Made by a program: the position numbers and the translations under genes. This document shows positions 19,704 to 32,680 of a stretch of DNA of 64,000 bases, piece by piece (the stretch's first letter is position 1; each line of letters begins with the position of its first letter). This stretch comes from Lingula anatina (lineage: Eukaryota; Animalia; Brachiopoda), in the NCBI GenBank assembly GCA_051362555.1, contig CM120640.1, forward strand, positions 48,462,788 through 48,526,787, given 5' to 3'. Under the pieces are notes generated by a model. That model was given only the letters and a program-made list of their open reading frames with translations, had not been told where the DNA came from and searched no databases.

Positions 19704-22517
19704 ACCTCACTCACAACTCTGTCAATTGGAAAACTAGTTTGCCTTCCAGTAGTGTGCAAGTTCAGGAGATGAGAGGTTAAATAAAGATTTTAGAGCTGCC
19801 ACACCATTGTGCATGCACAAGCTGGTTGTCATTTTACAGTTTTCTAATCCATCGCCTTTATCTTTGATGCGTTAGCACAACAGTAAATACATGTATCAGA
19901 GATCATATTTAACTTTACAGTCAGAAATAAATTGTGTACTAAGTTATGCTGAGGCTATTTGTGTAAAACTACATGTACTAGAACTCATGGTTTAAAAAAA
20001 AAAAGAACAACCCTCTCCTTTCATTTTCCCTCAAGGCCAGTGTGGCATGAATCATTCGGAGTGAGATCCATCCATTCTGCTCATGCGCACAAAGCGCAGG
20101 CAAATCTGAGAGACTTCAGGCGCGTACAGTCCATCTCTATCAACTTAAATAAACTTACTGTACACCGATGAGAACATACTGCAAATTCAAACATAATCTA
20201 TAGAAATATTCATATCTTATAGTTGTTCACCTCTACTGTGATATCTCTCAGCAGTGACCATATCAACACAATAGCCAAGAAAAATCAATACAATAATACA
20301 TGTAGTAGGCCAATAGCTGAACGACGACCCGTCCACGGTACAGTAGGTTCATCTATGCGTCGAACTGTAATTTGACGCTGATTCTCTATCAAAATTATCA
20401 ATTAAAAATTCTGTATGAACACATGAATTTTACCTAGAAATATCCTAATTAAAGTAAATATATAATGAGGTAGGAAACGAACAAGCCATATCAATGCACA
20501 TGTGAATAACAACGGATAATTCACGGAATGGTTCATACACGTGTCTGCTGCGTGTACAATCTGTCAGGACAGATGGTTCATGCAGTACAGACCGTACACG
20601 TTACACTGGCTTTGGACTTATTAATGTGCTGCTTAAGAGATAATCTGTCATGATGTGTAATACCGTCGTCAACGCAGTGTCGTGGTCACTGAGCAATGTG
20701 ACAGCTCCGTCGATGGGAAAACTGGTTGGCCTCACAGTAATGTGCGTGTTGAGGAGATGAGATGTAAAATTAAATTTTGAGAGCTGCTACACTGCGGCTG
20801 GTTCGGCAACTGGTCCTCATTTCCCACTTTTTGGGGCCGTTGCTTTCATGCGTTAGCACAACCAGTACATATTAAAATCGGCAATAAGTGTGCTAACGCA
20901 TGAATTTTCGTGCTACTACTGTACTCAGTAGTAGTCCGTGATTTACTCGTAAGTTAAGTAGAATCCGCCTGGCGTCATTGATAATTGTATCACTTGAATA
21001 GATATCTAGTGAGCAAAGAGAGCTTCGGTAATTTGTGTTAATATTATGAATAACTGCCAGATAAAATCAGATTTATGTGATAAATCTACCCTTTCGTTCT
21101 TACCTATCGCCTGAAGTTTCGCTTCTTGTCTGTTGCCATAAATCGGTACTGTTTCAGACGGGAGAGGGAGATGTCGTGTTTTATTTCAACGTTTTAACAT
21201 TTTACTTAATAAGTGTTTTATTGATGTCTTTGAATTAAATTAATTAACTAGTGTAATTTGCAATTTACAAATGTTGTTTGAAAACATTTTTGTTGTATGT
21301 ATGTTTCATCAAAGAAAAACGATGATCCCCTGGTGGGGCATTGTGTTGGGTGAGCAAATGCTCGCCACAATCATAAAGCACAGCAGCTATGGGAATGGGT
21401 AGTTTTGCTTAAAAGATGTAATTTTGAATTGCAGACTTTTACTGCAACTGAAATTCTGCATGTTAAAATGCAACACAGCACTTAAGATAGCATTTTTCAC
21501 AAAACACATTTTATTGACATGCACTCAAAGCACTGTAAGCAGGATTTACCTTCTATGGTATCGTACTAGCTTGGCTTTCTTAAAATATTTCTTCAATATT
21601 TTCTTAGACTTCATTTATAACTTAGGAACACCCTTGTACAAACTTCAATCCGTGTGTAACATGTTTAACATTGTTACATGTACTATAAAATCTGTAAACA
21701 GTCACGATCGTGCTGCTTTTTTCCCTTTTTGCTTAAGTCTGTGCAACACCTTTACACTTCACACTACAATCTTTAATACACAAGAGCAACATGACATGAA
21801 GAGATGACAATAAACAAAAAGTTGAGCTTAATGTCAGACACCATATACATAATTAACAATCTGACCTGAAGTTGACTTGGAAGAGATGGTGTCCTGAACA
21901 TCAGAGTTCAAAACTTTAATATTATTGTAGTCATCACTGATTGGAAGGTTGCTTCTTCCCCTCATAATTACATAAAATCACCTATCACTATTTCATTTTA
22001 ACTTCAGCAAAATTAGTAGGATAATTTAAATCTATTCGCAACATATATTAAAATACTGATTGATTGAACTCGGAAAGTTTGCATATCCAGTACATCTCCA
22101 AATATGCATTAGTGAAGTTACTAGTACTTGTACTAATGCATAGACTTATATACAAGTATATAATACTGCTTCTAACTGCCTTCAAATTTAATAATCCTGC
22201 ACTTTAGAAATCTAAAGGCTCAGCTTCATGCTACACAAACACAGGAAAGATGACTTTATAAATAACAATGTGTACTAATCAAAACATTTCATAGCCTTTG
22301 AACAGTCTATCAAAAGCTAACAGCAACCATATCTCAGTGAAATATTCTGCATTTGCACATTAACATTTACTTAACACAATATATTGTGAGCAACAAAGTG
22401 TGGTACTCTTGAATTAATGGAGCAAACTAACACTACAAGTGAGATTCAGATATCAAATGAAAAGGCTTAGCTTGGACTAGCATATCAGTTCCGCTAAAAT
22501 ATCCATGATTAAACTTG

Positions 22518-22770
22518 GTACCAGATTTTTTTTTTAATATATGAATAATTTGTGCCAATCTAATATTATTCTAATGAAAATTTATTTTGATACCACAAAA
22601 AATAAGCAAGCATGTCCTATGAAAACGCCACTGTTTTACAGCAGTACCAGATTTTTTAAAAATATTTGAATAATTTGTGCCAATCTAATATTATTCTAAT
22701 GAAAATTTATTTTGATACCACAAAAAATAAGCAAGCATGACCTATGAAAATGCTACTGTTTTACAGTAGT
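22518..22770. repeat. Tandem duplication, 2 x ~126 bp, in the ARMC2 3' UTR/downstream region
   Basis: GTACCAGATTTT...GAATAATTTGTGCCAATCTAATATTATTCTAATGAAAATTTATTTTGATACCACAAAAAATAAGCAAGCATG...CTGTTTTACAG occurs twice, nearly identical. Confidence 0.95.
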
Positions 22771-23184
22771 GCAACAATGTGATGAGCAGTTCAAACTATG
22801 ACCACAAAACCTTTATTTTCAGCAAATGACAATATTTAGACCACTAAAAACTTACTTTGACTCAAATTTAACAGCCTGATGAACATTATTCCAGCTATTA
22901 TATGTAATGGTTAGGTGAAACTTAAGTCAGTCAGAAAAAAAATCACTTTTCCCATAAGAAACATTTCATCCTTGTGTAGGATATATATTCCTTTAATGAA
23001 AAAGGAGTTTACATATTTTGAGTTATGACAGTAAAATTACAGTGTCAGTGACATTTTTGTAAAAGATATACCCCTCAAGTAAAGGAATCCTGATACAAGA
23101 ATATACTATACTAATGCAGAAATATGCTTCACATATTCCAGTGAGGGAACATACTAGTAAAGGAAATAAAACAGGAATGTTCTA

Positions 23185-26100
23185 TCAGCTTGGGACAGGA
23201 AGAGGTTCAAAATCTGACTGGTGGGACTCTATTCGATTTAGCAGCTTGTTTGCAACCGGACAGAACTCCTCCTCCCATACATCTCTCAGGAATGCCAGCA
23301 TAGCCTCCTCTACTCCTGCTGTATCACTGGAATCCAGGGCAGTCTCCTCATCTGAAATGTCATAATCATAATATTGAATTTGAACACTTATAGTAAATAT
23401 AAGAGTTGAAGTTCATTTCATTTTTTTTGTTTTTCTTTTCAGCACAACTATCAATATTAGTAAAATATCACAATGAAAGGTTCACTCCATGGGTTTGAAA
23501 ATCCCCCAAATGCTTATTTTTGCCACCCACACCTTTTTTATAAAACCTTACATACACCTAATGATTTCACCCCTTAAATATTTTTCTGATGTTGATATTT
23601 CCATTGGAGCTTATAAGAAAATGGCTGCTGTTATAATGACTGGCCAGTCATTTAAAGCTAAAATCAACCTTTATAAATTTTATCTAAGGTCGAATCCAAG
23701 TGCACTAGAGAGGGATAGATAAGTGATTCATGAAAACAAGAAAATTGCTTATTTTTTCCCCGTAAAAATCCATTGTAGCAGGTAAATCTCATGAAGACTA
23801 CCTTTAATAGGAGATGTTAGTTGTTCCCAAATGACTACATGCTGAATCAGCTACCAACATTTAGTTTTGAATTTATCACTCTAACTAGTAAATATGCATT
23901 ATCTGTGAATGAGCATGTAAACCTGCATGCATACTCGTTCCAACGCATGTACTTACCCAGGTAGTCAATTAGGAGATCTGCCAGCTCCTGTGCTTCTTTC
24001 TCTCCATAGCAGTCTGTAGAGCTGGTGATCCTGGCACTGTAGTTCCACAGGATCTGACACACCATACTGCCCAGCTGCCAGTCACTGCGACCAAAGTCAC
24101 GCAACACATCTATCAGCCTGAAAGTTCAATAAATAGTACATGACTTATAGGCTATAAACCATTTCAACAAACTGTGTTTTAAATCCATGATTTTTAAAGA
24201 AAATATATAAGTATAATGCAATTTCCTCAACGTATCTTATTATCATCTTCAAAGTTTATTTATAAAATAAGATTTGAGTGAAATAATGCATAATCAAAAC
24301 AAGAAAGATCTATATACTTTGAAATCCCTCCTTCTTCCTTGAGAATGTGTCTCTTGTTTTCATCAGCCATGAGGTTGATAAGGACACCACATGCAGTGTA
24401 GACTACCTCTCGGCTACCAGAATCCAGCAATGCCACCATCATTTCTGGCACTGAATAAAATAAAGGTTCATTATATGAATTCCTGATAAAGTATTAATTC
24501 AGCCCACAAACACAGTAGACTGCATGACATGAAGTCAATAAGGAAACACATCTTACTATCTCACTGGCAATGCATTAAATACTGTCACTATATAGAAAAA
24601 GCTATACCACTACCCTATAAAGGACCAATGTTAAGTTATGCAAAATTTCTATCTGAAGGCTTTTTTGAAATGGTGTTACAGTATATTAATGTAAACTTTC
24701 AAGCAACCTCTTTAATATACCTTATTTATCCTAACAGTAATACCCCCTCTCGATCTACAACTTACCCTTATTAGCAGCTAGGAAGTCCCGGACAGCCTTG
24801 TGTCTTGTGAGGTTCCCATACACTCTGGAAGCTTCTACAAAACCCTCCATATGCTGTACATTGAGCAGTTTCAAAAAACCTGCAAAACAATTTCCAGAAT
24901 GAGCAAAAATGGTAGTTGGATCACATATGATAATTATCAAACACAAGGTGAAATACTTTCAGTCTGATGAAGGCCTAGGTCCAGGCTGGCTGTAAGCTAA
25001 TGGTATGAAAGTATTTTGGCTTGTGTTTGATAATTATCATATATACGTAGTTTCCAGAATGTGTGAAGATTTGATGTTCGCTGCACTAAAACTTTAAAAC
25101 ATTCTTGATAAAAATCTTCTGTGATTATATTGTTATTAGCAGGGGCGGATTTAGGCCGTCTTCTGGGTCTTCTGGAAGACGGTCAGATTTTCAAGTTTAC
25201 ATTGTCAGCCATCTAATGTTTTCTGTCGGAAGACGGTCAAAAATGGAAGATGGATCAACAATGATAATTTGGAAGACTGTCAGAAAATATCTCTGGATCC
25301 GCCCCTGATTAGACACTTTTTCTTTTTGATATTTGATCTGAGAATTTTTAGTTACAGCTTAAAATACTACACTATTTATTTTAAAAAAGCTAAATATATT
25401 TTTACAGAGCAACTCGTCACACTTCATTTGTATCAAACTTAAAAAAACTTGTAATAATACTAACTTTCTGTGACCTGCTGCTGTTTCTTAACCACAGCAC
25501 TGCCTGGCACATGATAAAATGAAAGATTGTTGATTGTTGCTACCGAATTAAGTACTAGCTCTTCACTTGTTGACATGTCCTTTGTATCTGAAAGTCAAGT
25601 AAAGACATCTCAGGTATTACACCTTTTATTAATGCTCCATATCAGTGTATATATGAAATGGGCAGGAGCAGCACAGGAAAGAAAAGCAATTATTCTGTTC
25701 TCCTGCCTCCCCTCATCACCACTGCGGAGTATTATATGACATGTGATGTGGCTGACTGTAAGGAAACAGAGGGAATACACTTGCTGCCTATTTGCCAAGC
25801 ATTAAGAGGGGGATAATTCATGAACAATGTTTAACTCCTTTGTAACTCTATAAATTCTTATATGAGTAAAAACAATGCACACTTAATTAAATATACAGAT
25901 GATAGCAAACCAATATTTTTTTAATTGTTTAAAATAAATACTTATTTTTCAAATTATTTACAATCTTAAACATATGCCTACCTATAATGTGTAGAAGCCA
26001 TTCTACACATTTTTCATTGGTGGCCAGTTGTTTTCCTACTTCTTCATTTATGGACAAATTGGCTATTACACGGACCACTTTGATCATTATGTCTTCCACA

Positions 26101-29100
26101 GTATCTGGATGTTTAGAGCCAGTGCCACTTTCCTTGACTTCTTCCTTGTGTTTTGAGAAAGACTAAAATGAAAAATCTTGAAAATGGAACTCTGGTAGGT
26201 GTCTAATATTCAAGTCAGAAAATATGTGATCAAACCAAAACTTCCATGTCCATGTGATAATATTTACACCACTCACAACTTTTCCTTAAAAAGTAGCAGA
26301 GGCAATTTCAAAACATTGTAAAGTAAGGGTGCAATACAGCCGACTAATAATCAATAAATGAAATGTTATGAACTGAGCAATATTTACCTTCATGTCCAAT
26401 TCTAAGTAAGTTTTGAAAATATTCAAGATGGTTTTGAAAGCATTTTCTTCTTGAAAAAAGCGTAGCCTAGCATCATCACTCTTGGCCGTCAGGTTGCCTA
26501 TCACAAAGGTCAGGCGTACTATAAGATCCTGGTAATTAAAATAAAAGAGTTAAATCTTTTTTAAATGCAACAATTAAGAAAGCATTTCTTACAACTAGAA
26601 CCTGGGATGCAACACCCTTTTATACTAATGCAAACATAACAAAAAGTAAAACAATTTTTAATCAATCTTCTTCTTCTCTTCATTTGCAATATTACATGAG
26701 TTGCATCACATACACCATATTAAATAAAATCTCAAATAAAGAGAAAAGGCCAATAAGCAATAATATTAAAAGATATAGCATAAAATAGAAACACAAATGC
26801 AGTTGAAACAATTCAATGTGCATGTAGTACCTGTTTTTGGATGTACTGATTGAGCAAATATAGGAAAGACTTGTATGTGGACGGAATACTGTTCAATGCG
26901 TTGCAGCAGTCTGAATGCAGGGTCACTTTGCTAAAAGAAATAAAAAAATAAATAAATAAAAACTCTCTGCAATTTTAGTTACTTATAGTAACTTATAGTA
27001 ACTGGCTCGCGCTGCCAGTAATTACGCCGCGGGATATTCAGGGCACAGACCGTGATCATAAGACATACCGCAAATAGAAAATAGAATTTAGAAAATAGAC
27101 ATTGCATGTGAATGAAGCCTTAGTGAATATTCTATAAGGGTGCTTTGTCTTCTGTAGTATTCACTCAACATTAACAAGTGACTTACCTAAAAATTCTGAT
27201 AATATTGTGTACCACTTCACTGTCAGCACTATACAGCTGTGTAGATCTCTCCATCTCTTCTATAACATGACTAGAGACCATGTCCTCTCTGTTTTCCTCA
27301 TTATCAACTAAGTTTCTGAGTCCTGCTGTGAGCTGAACTAGAACATTGCCCATTTTTTCTTTACTGTCAGCAGTCTAAAATAAAAAAAAATCAACTGTAC
27401 AGAGCTGAACCATAAACAATCTTTGCACTTGGACGCTGTAGATATAACATTTATGAATCCATGGTCACTTTATTTGCTTATGCAATTTATCATAGGGAGG
27501 ATACCAACATTAGTTATTGGTACATTCCATGGGTTTGAAAATCCCCCAAATGCTTATTTTGGCCATCCACAACTTTTTATAAAACCTTACATACACCTCA
27601 AAAATGATTTTACCCCTTAAATATTTTTTTTTTCTTTTCTTTTTTTTTTTTTTTTTGAGCATACCTGATGTTGATATTTTCTTTGGAGATTATAGGAAAA
27701 TGGTTGTAAATTTTTCAAAGGTTGAATCCAAGTGCAGAGGGATAGATAAATGATTAAATTGAGAAAATTGCTTAATTTCCCAGGAAAATCAATTTTCATG
27801 GAGTGTACCTTTAACTGAATGCATAGAAGACAAAAACTGATGAAAGATACTATTATTTTGTTGTTGCTCAAAATTCCACAAACAAAAGTGCATTTATGTT
27901 GTTAAATGGACGTCTACTCACAGCTGTGTTGATGGCCTTTAACAGCTTTCCATAAGCCTCCACAGCCCTGTGTCTGGTGAGATGCTGGCCTACAGTGGTA
28001 TTTCCTGAGAGAAACTTGAGAGCACCAAGAAGATAGACTAGTGCATCCTGTGAAGTGGACAGATCTGTAGTGCACATGGTATCCAAAAGGGGAGCTGTAA
28101 ATATTAAGGAAAAGTACATAGTTCAAACTCTACTCAAAGAGACAGTAAGTCAAATGTGAAAGGTGTAAACATATTAACATTATATTAACCACCTAAAGTT
28201 CTGATTTTAAGTTTAAAAATGGGGCATTCAGTTATATTTGCATGCAGAAACCATTTGACAAGTCAGTCTGCAGGCATATGTGAAAAAATTTTATATTAAT
28301 AATAAGCAGTGACAACAATTAAATGTGCTCAAATCAGTTACATAATTAAAAGTGACATTTTTAGAAATTTACAAAATATTGAAGCAGTTATGAAAGCAAA
28401 AAAGATTTAGGTACTATTTTACCAATCATTTCCTCTTCAATAAAAAGCATGTCATTGCTTTCTTCCCTGCTGATTTTAAATATCAGTTTGCAAACGCTTG
28501 TCAGATTGTTGCCAGTGATTTTCAACTGAAAATAAAAAAGCATATGTATTTATAATTTAAAATATCTCCCTAAACAATCTACCTCTGAATTGGTTTACTT
28601 AACACACTGAAAGCTATCAACATCAAAAAGGTCTCATTTTCAACTATCCATAGCATGAAATATTAACTTTATCATTTTTATTACCCACTATGTGTGTCTT
28701 TTACCATATATTTTATTGGATAAATTAAGGGGAAAATTTAGTATAAATACCCCCAATATGAGTTTGGCTAGCCTAACTCTCAGCACTGGAGACTCAGAAT
28801 CAAGAAGTTTAAAGATGGTTTTCAGTATAGCAGACCGTCTTTTGCAAGCCCTGCCCAACATGTTGCCTTGTTCCAGTGTACAGTAAAGCATACTACACAG
28901 GTTGCTCAACTCAGTGGCATCTTTTTCTGTAACGAGGAAAAAAATTTTTTCACATACTGTAGTAAAAAAATGTTTAAATATTGTGCTATAAAAATGGAGT
29001 AAACGTTACAATAACAATGATGTTCAGTATATTCAGTATAACATAATTCAAAATTTTTAAAATTTTCTAATATTCCATCAGAATGAATTTAAAACTTATA

Positions 29101-31757
29101 AAAAATCTCCATGCATTATCCAATTGTGTAAAATATATAAAGATGTACAAACCTTTTCTCAGAGCAGCCATTTGCTCTAAGATTGGTGCAATGTTTTTGT
29201 TGAAAAATTGAGATTCTGCTGGAGTTTCTTCTTCACGTTTACCACCACTCCCTGTGAAAAAAAAACATGCACACGTTTTTAATCCTCTGTACTTTTTCAA
29301 TCTCCAAGTGAACTGTAGGTACATAAACACCACATTCCAACCTTAAAATTGTCTTAAACAGCAATAATGAAAACTGTGCCAAAAACATTTATATTCTATA
29401 CCTGGTTTACCACCACTTGAAGGCCTTCTAGAAGATCCACCACTTTTGACACGGAGTTCATTGTCACTTCCAATCTGGCTGCTGTAATTTACATTTAACA
29501 TTTCAAAATTTTGTGTTTATCAATAACACTCAATTTAACAATAAACTTTTCAATATCCAACTTAAGATGGCAATAAAGAACACTTGCAACCTTTTCTTCT
29601 AATTTATATCAGAAATATTTCAAGTTGCCATAGAAAGATTAACAACAATGAATCTAATACACATCTAGGAAACCAAATGGGAAGAAAGATTTTAGTTCTA
29701 TTATTACCTAATAGAGGTAGTAGTAACAGCACTAGGAGGTCTGTGAACACTCTCACTCCCATCCCCCACTCCTCTCTCTTCTAAGAGCTGCCCTACTCTC
29801 TCCTTTGGTCCACTGTGGACTCTCCTGGTCAGCACATCTGGAGCTACTTCTTCTTTGCCACTTGATGACACTAGAATGCATAAGCGCAATGTTTATTCCT
29901 TTCCATGTCTTTGCCAGCTATAACAACGATTCTATTCTCTAATGTGTACTACCTTTTATAGGTAGGGCTGCATTTCTAAGAGACCATTCCCACAGATATT
30001 TGGATCGATCTATCTCCCTGGGGAGTCTCACTAAATTGCTATCAAACTAACCGGCTTAAACATCTGTCATGCCTAGTAAAGCTGTTAGCGGGTAATTATC
30101 TTTACCTCTAGCTGATTTGGTAGGCGTGACAGACATTTAAGCCTCTTGAGCTGATAGCAATTTAGCGTGAACCCCCAGGGATCATTCTAAGTATGGGAAC
30201 CTAGTCTAAGTCTTGACTACCAATATGCTATCAGTGTGAAATTTTTTTTCCTTTTTTAAAAATAAAAATGCAGGTTCTGCATAAACTTACTGTGTGTTTA
30301 ACATACCATCTATTGCAAACTTTATATGATTACCACAATCAAATGGTGTTTATGTCCAATATCAGCATGACTATGCAGCATCAATCAGTATACTCGTAAC
30401 ATTCAACTTTACAGATTATGCATACATACCATCTTGCAGAGATCCTGATCGTGTTTTCAGGGATATTTCTTCTGAACTGCTCTCTACGCTTAGTGAATGA
30501 AGCAGTCTTCCTCTGGAACCTGTTCTGCGGATTGGTCTGTTAGGATCTACTGGGGGCCTGGGTACTGGAGGACTGACAACACCAGCTGGGGGTGTCTTTG
30601 GTTTCTAAATATCAGAATGACAAACAAAGTTTTGAAATAACAGGCAATTCTGTTAAAATTTCAGTGAAAAGAGTTTTCAAATCAAAATTTGAACAACTGT
30701 AACACAGGATATAAATCTGATCACTAGTTAGAGCTAAAATAAATGAATAAATACGACCTATTAATACTAAGAGAAGGGTATTACCACCTCATTGTCACCT
30801 GCAGCCTCCATCATCATGGTTTGAAAAAAACAACCTTCATATTATGGGATAGAATTTTTTGTGATCCTATGAAATTGGCTATTGTGATAGGTGTGACAAT
30901 GTGTTCACAATGTAAAAACAATGAATAGGTCACAGGCCAGTGTTAACATAATTTAAGGCATTGATTTTTTTTTTTTTTGTTGTTGTTGTTGTTGCTGTTT
31001 TGTTTCGTGTTTGTTTGTTTGTTTGTTTGTTTTTATGTGTGTGTAAATTCTGTCATATATACCCATGTTATTACATCGAACAGTAACCAACTCAAAGTAC
31101 ATCTTTATCTACAAACATACATGGCCGAGTGGTGTAAGTCTTGCAGTGCCAGAAACGGGTCTTGTTCCTGAAACAGGTCTCGTTCCTGATGTTGGTCTGG
31201 ATTCACTACCATCAAAGTGGTGAGAGCCAAGACTAAAACAATTAAAAACAATTTAAAAAATGAGAAAGACATAAAACTGCAAGCTAGAATTCCAGACTCA
31301 ACTAAATTCATTTTATGCTGAGGCAAATCAGAAAACAATCTTACATTTAACTTTTTGGCGATTTATGATCTGAAACAATATTTTCCCATATGCATTAAAG
31401 GTTGTGTTAAGATTTTTCTTATTTCTTTGTACTTCTTATCCAAGTGAATGAACATCTTGAAAACATCCCATATGTACTGTATTAACCCATTATTTCCTCA
31501 TTTTAGTACATTTGACAACTCATAACTTACCTAAATGCACTTGGAGGTCTATTTTGAGGATCTCTGTTACTTGCGCTTCCAAATAAAGTTCTTTCTTCAG
31601 GTTTTGGAGTAAACGGACGGTTAGTTTTTACGGTGCGCAGAGAGGACCGAGCCTCATTGACTATTTTGGCACTGGTTTTTACATGTTCAGGTGTTTCATA
31701 AAATGCCCTCTCCCTTTCAGGTTTAGGTCTTCTTGGAGGTGATGGCTTGTGTTCCAT
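23185..31757 (-). CDS. ARMC2: Armadillo repeat-containing protein 2, 18 coding exons, ~871 aa
   Basis: Exons from 31531-31757 to 23185-23351 join in frame (2616 nt by my count). Motifs KTSAKIVNEARSSLRTVKTNRPFTP, RPPSAF, GALKFLSGN, FVIGNLTAKSDDAR, RVYGNLTR, ACGVLINLMAD, DWQLGSMVCQILWNYS and EEFCPVANKLL match ARMC2. Probable non-coding first exon with donor near 32457. Confidence 0.9.
23478..23807. mobile_element. ~300-330-bp MITE family, copy 1 (ARMC2 intron)
   Basis: Shares CCATGGGTTTGAAAATCCCCCAAATGCTTATTTT, TTTTTATAAAACCTTACATACACCT and GAATCCAAGTGC with 27519-27814; ends resemble AGGTACACTCCATG / CATGGAGTGTACCT-TTAA. Confidence 0.7.
25140..25307. mobile_element. 168-bp MITE with CAGGGGCGGAT TIRs and 5-bp TSD
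   Basis: CAGGGGCGGAT ... ATCCGCCCCTG; ATTAG at 25135-25139 and 25308-25312; internal GGAAGAC(G/T)GTCA x3. Confidence 0.8.
27519..27814. mobile_element. ~300-330-bp MITE family, copy 2 (ARMC2 intron)
   Basis: GGTACATTCCATG ... CATGGAGTGTACCTTTAA; homologous to 23478-23807. Confidence 0.7.
29978..30208. mobile_element. Foldback MITE (ARMC2 intron); related partial copy at ~2409-2594 in CFAP43
   Basis: Imperfect inverted arms CCCTGGGGAGTCTCACTAAATTGCTATCA...TCTGTCATGCCTA / TAGGCGTGACAGA...TGATAGCAATTTAGCGTGAACCCCCAGGG. Confidence 0.6.
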
Positions 31758-32449
31758 GAGCTAGGATCATCTGGCTTCATTTATTATAAAATGATTAATC
31801 TGAAAATGCATTTTAGACTGTTACTGTACTACAGATAATGGTTTGTAGTCATTTCACAAGTAATTAATATGATTGTCACAAATGGGTACTAGTACAGTAG
31901 TGTTACAGAAAACCAATATTAATCGGAGAAGTAAAACTATGTGATGCTTACTCAAAATATAAAATATCACCAGATATCATCTAGTACAACAGAGTGCTTG
32001 CATTAGTATCTAGGCATCATATCATCATATCTACAACAGGTATGGTCTACACAATAGGAATATCTTACACTAAATTTCAAATTATAAACTCAAATGTCAA
32101 GAGGAAATTTATAAAGCATATAACAGTACATGTACATGTTGCAATCAATCATAAGAAGGCACACAGCCAAAGTCATAATAGAAACGATTACGCACATTAG
32201 CTTAGAAAATATCCATACAAGAGTTCACACTTTCACGTCTTATGTCCGTGTAGAACTGTCATTGTCAATGTCACCTGTCAATATGAGAAAAATCAGTGTG
32301 GTTGCATGAGACAAATCAAAGAATGCAGCGAAATGTTTGTTTTAGCTGTCAACACAATAAAGGTCACAATTATACTGGGACGATCAAAGTGCATACATGT
32401 CTGAACTTTAACATTGGACAAATCCTGGATAAACATAGTAGAAAAATTC

Positions 32450-32680
32450 TAACTTACCAAAAGCACATTAAAATTGACCTGGCTACCAACATATCAACAA
32501 GCATTTTAGCGCATGCTCAGTGTTGAGCAGGTGTCTCAGCAAGTGATAGCCACCGATGCTAGTTATGCTGACTCTAACCAGTAATGTGGTGATGATGGCT
32601 GCGGCATGGGGTTGATTGATTAGTAAGCCTCAAAGACAATCCTTGAATCAAAAGTGAGATTAAGCAGGTGAGGCGCTTTT
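32450..32680. promoter_or_regulatory. Putative compact bidirectional promoter ARMC2/TMEM161
   Basis: Divergent splice donors: minus-strand GGTAAGTT (~32451-32458) and plus-strand CAG|GTGAGG (~32668). Between them lie GCGCATGCTC (NRF1-like) and GATGGCTGC (YY1-like), with locally raised GC. Confidence 0.6.
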
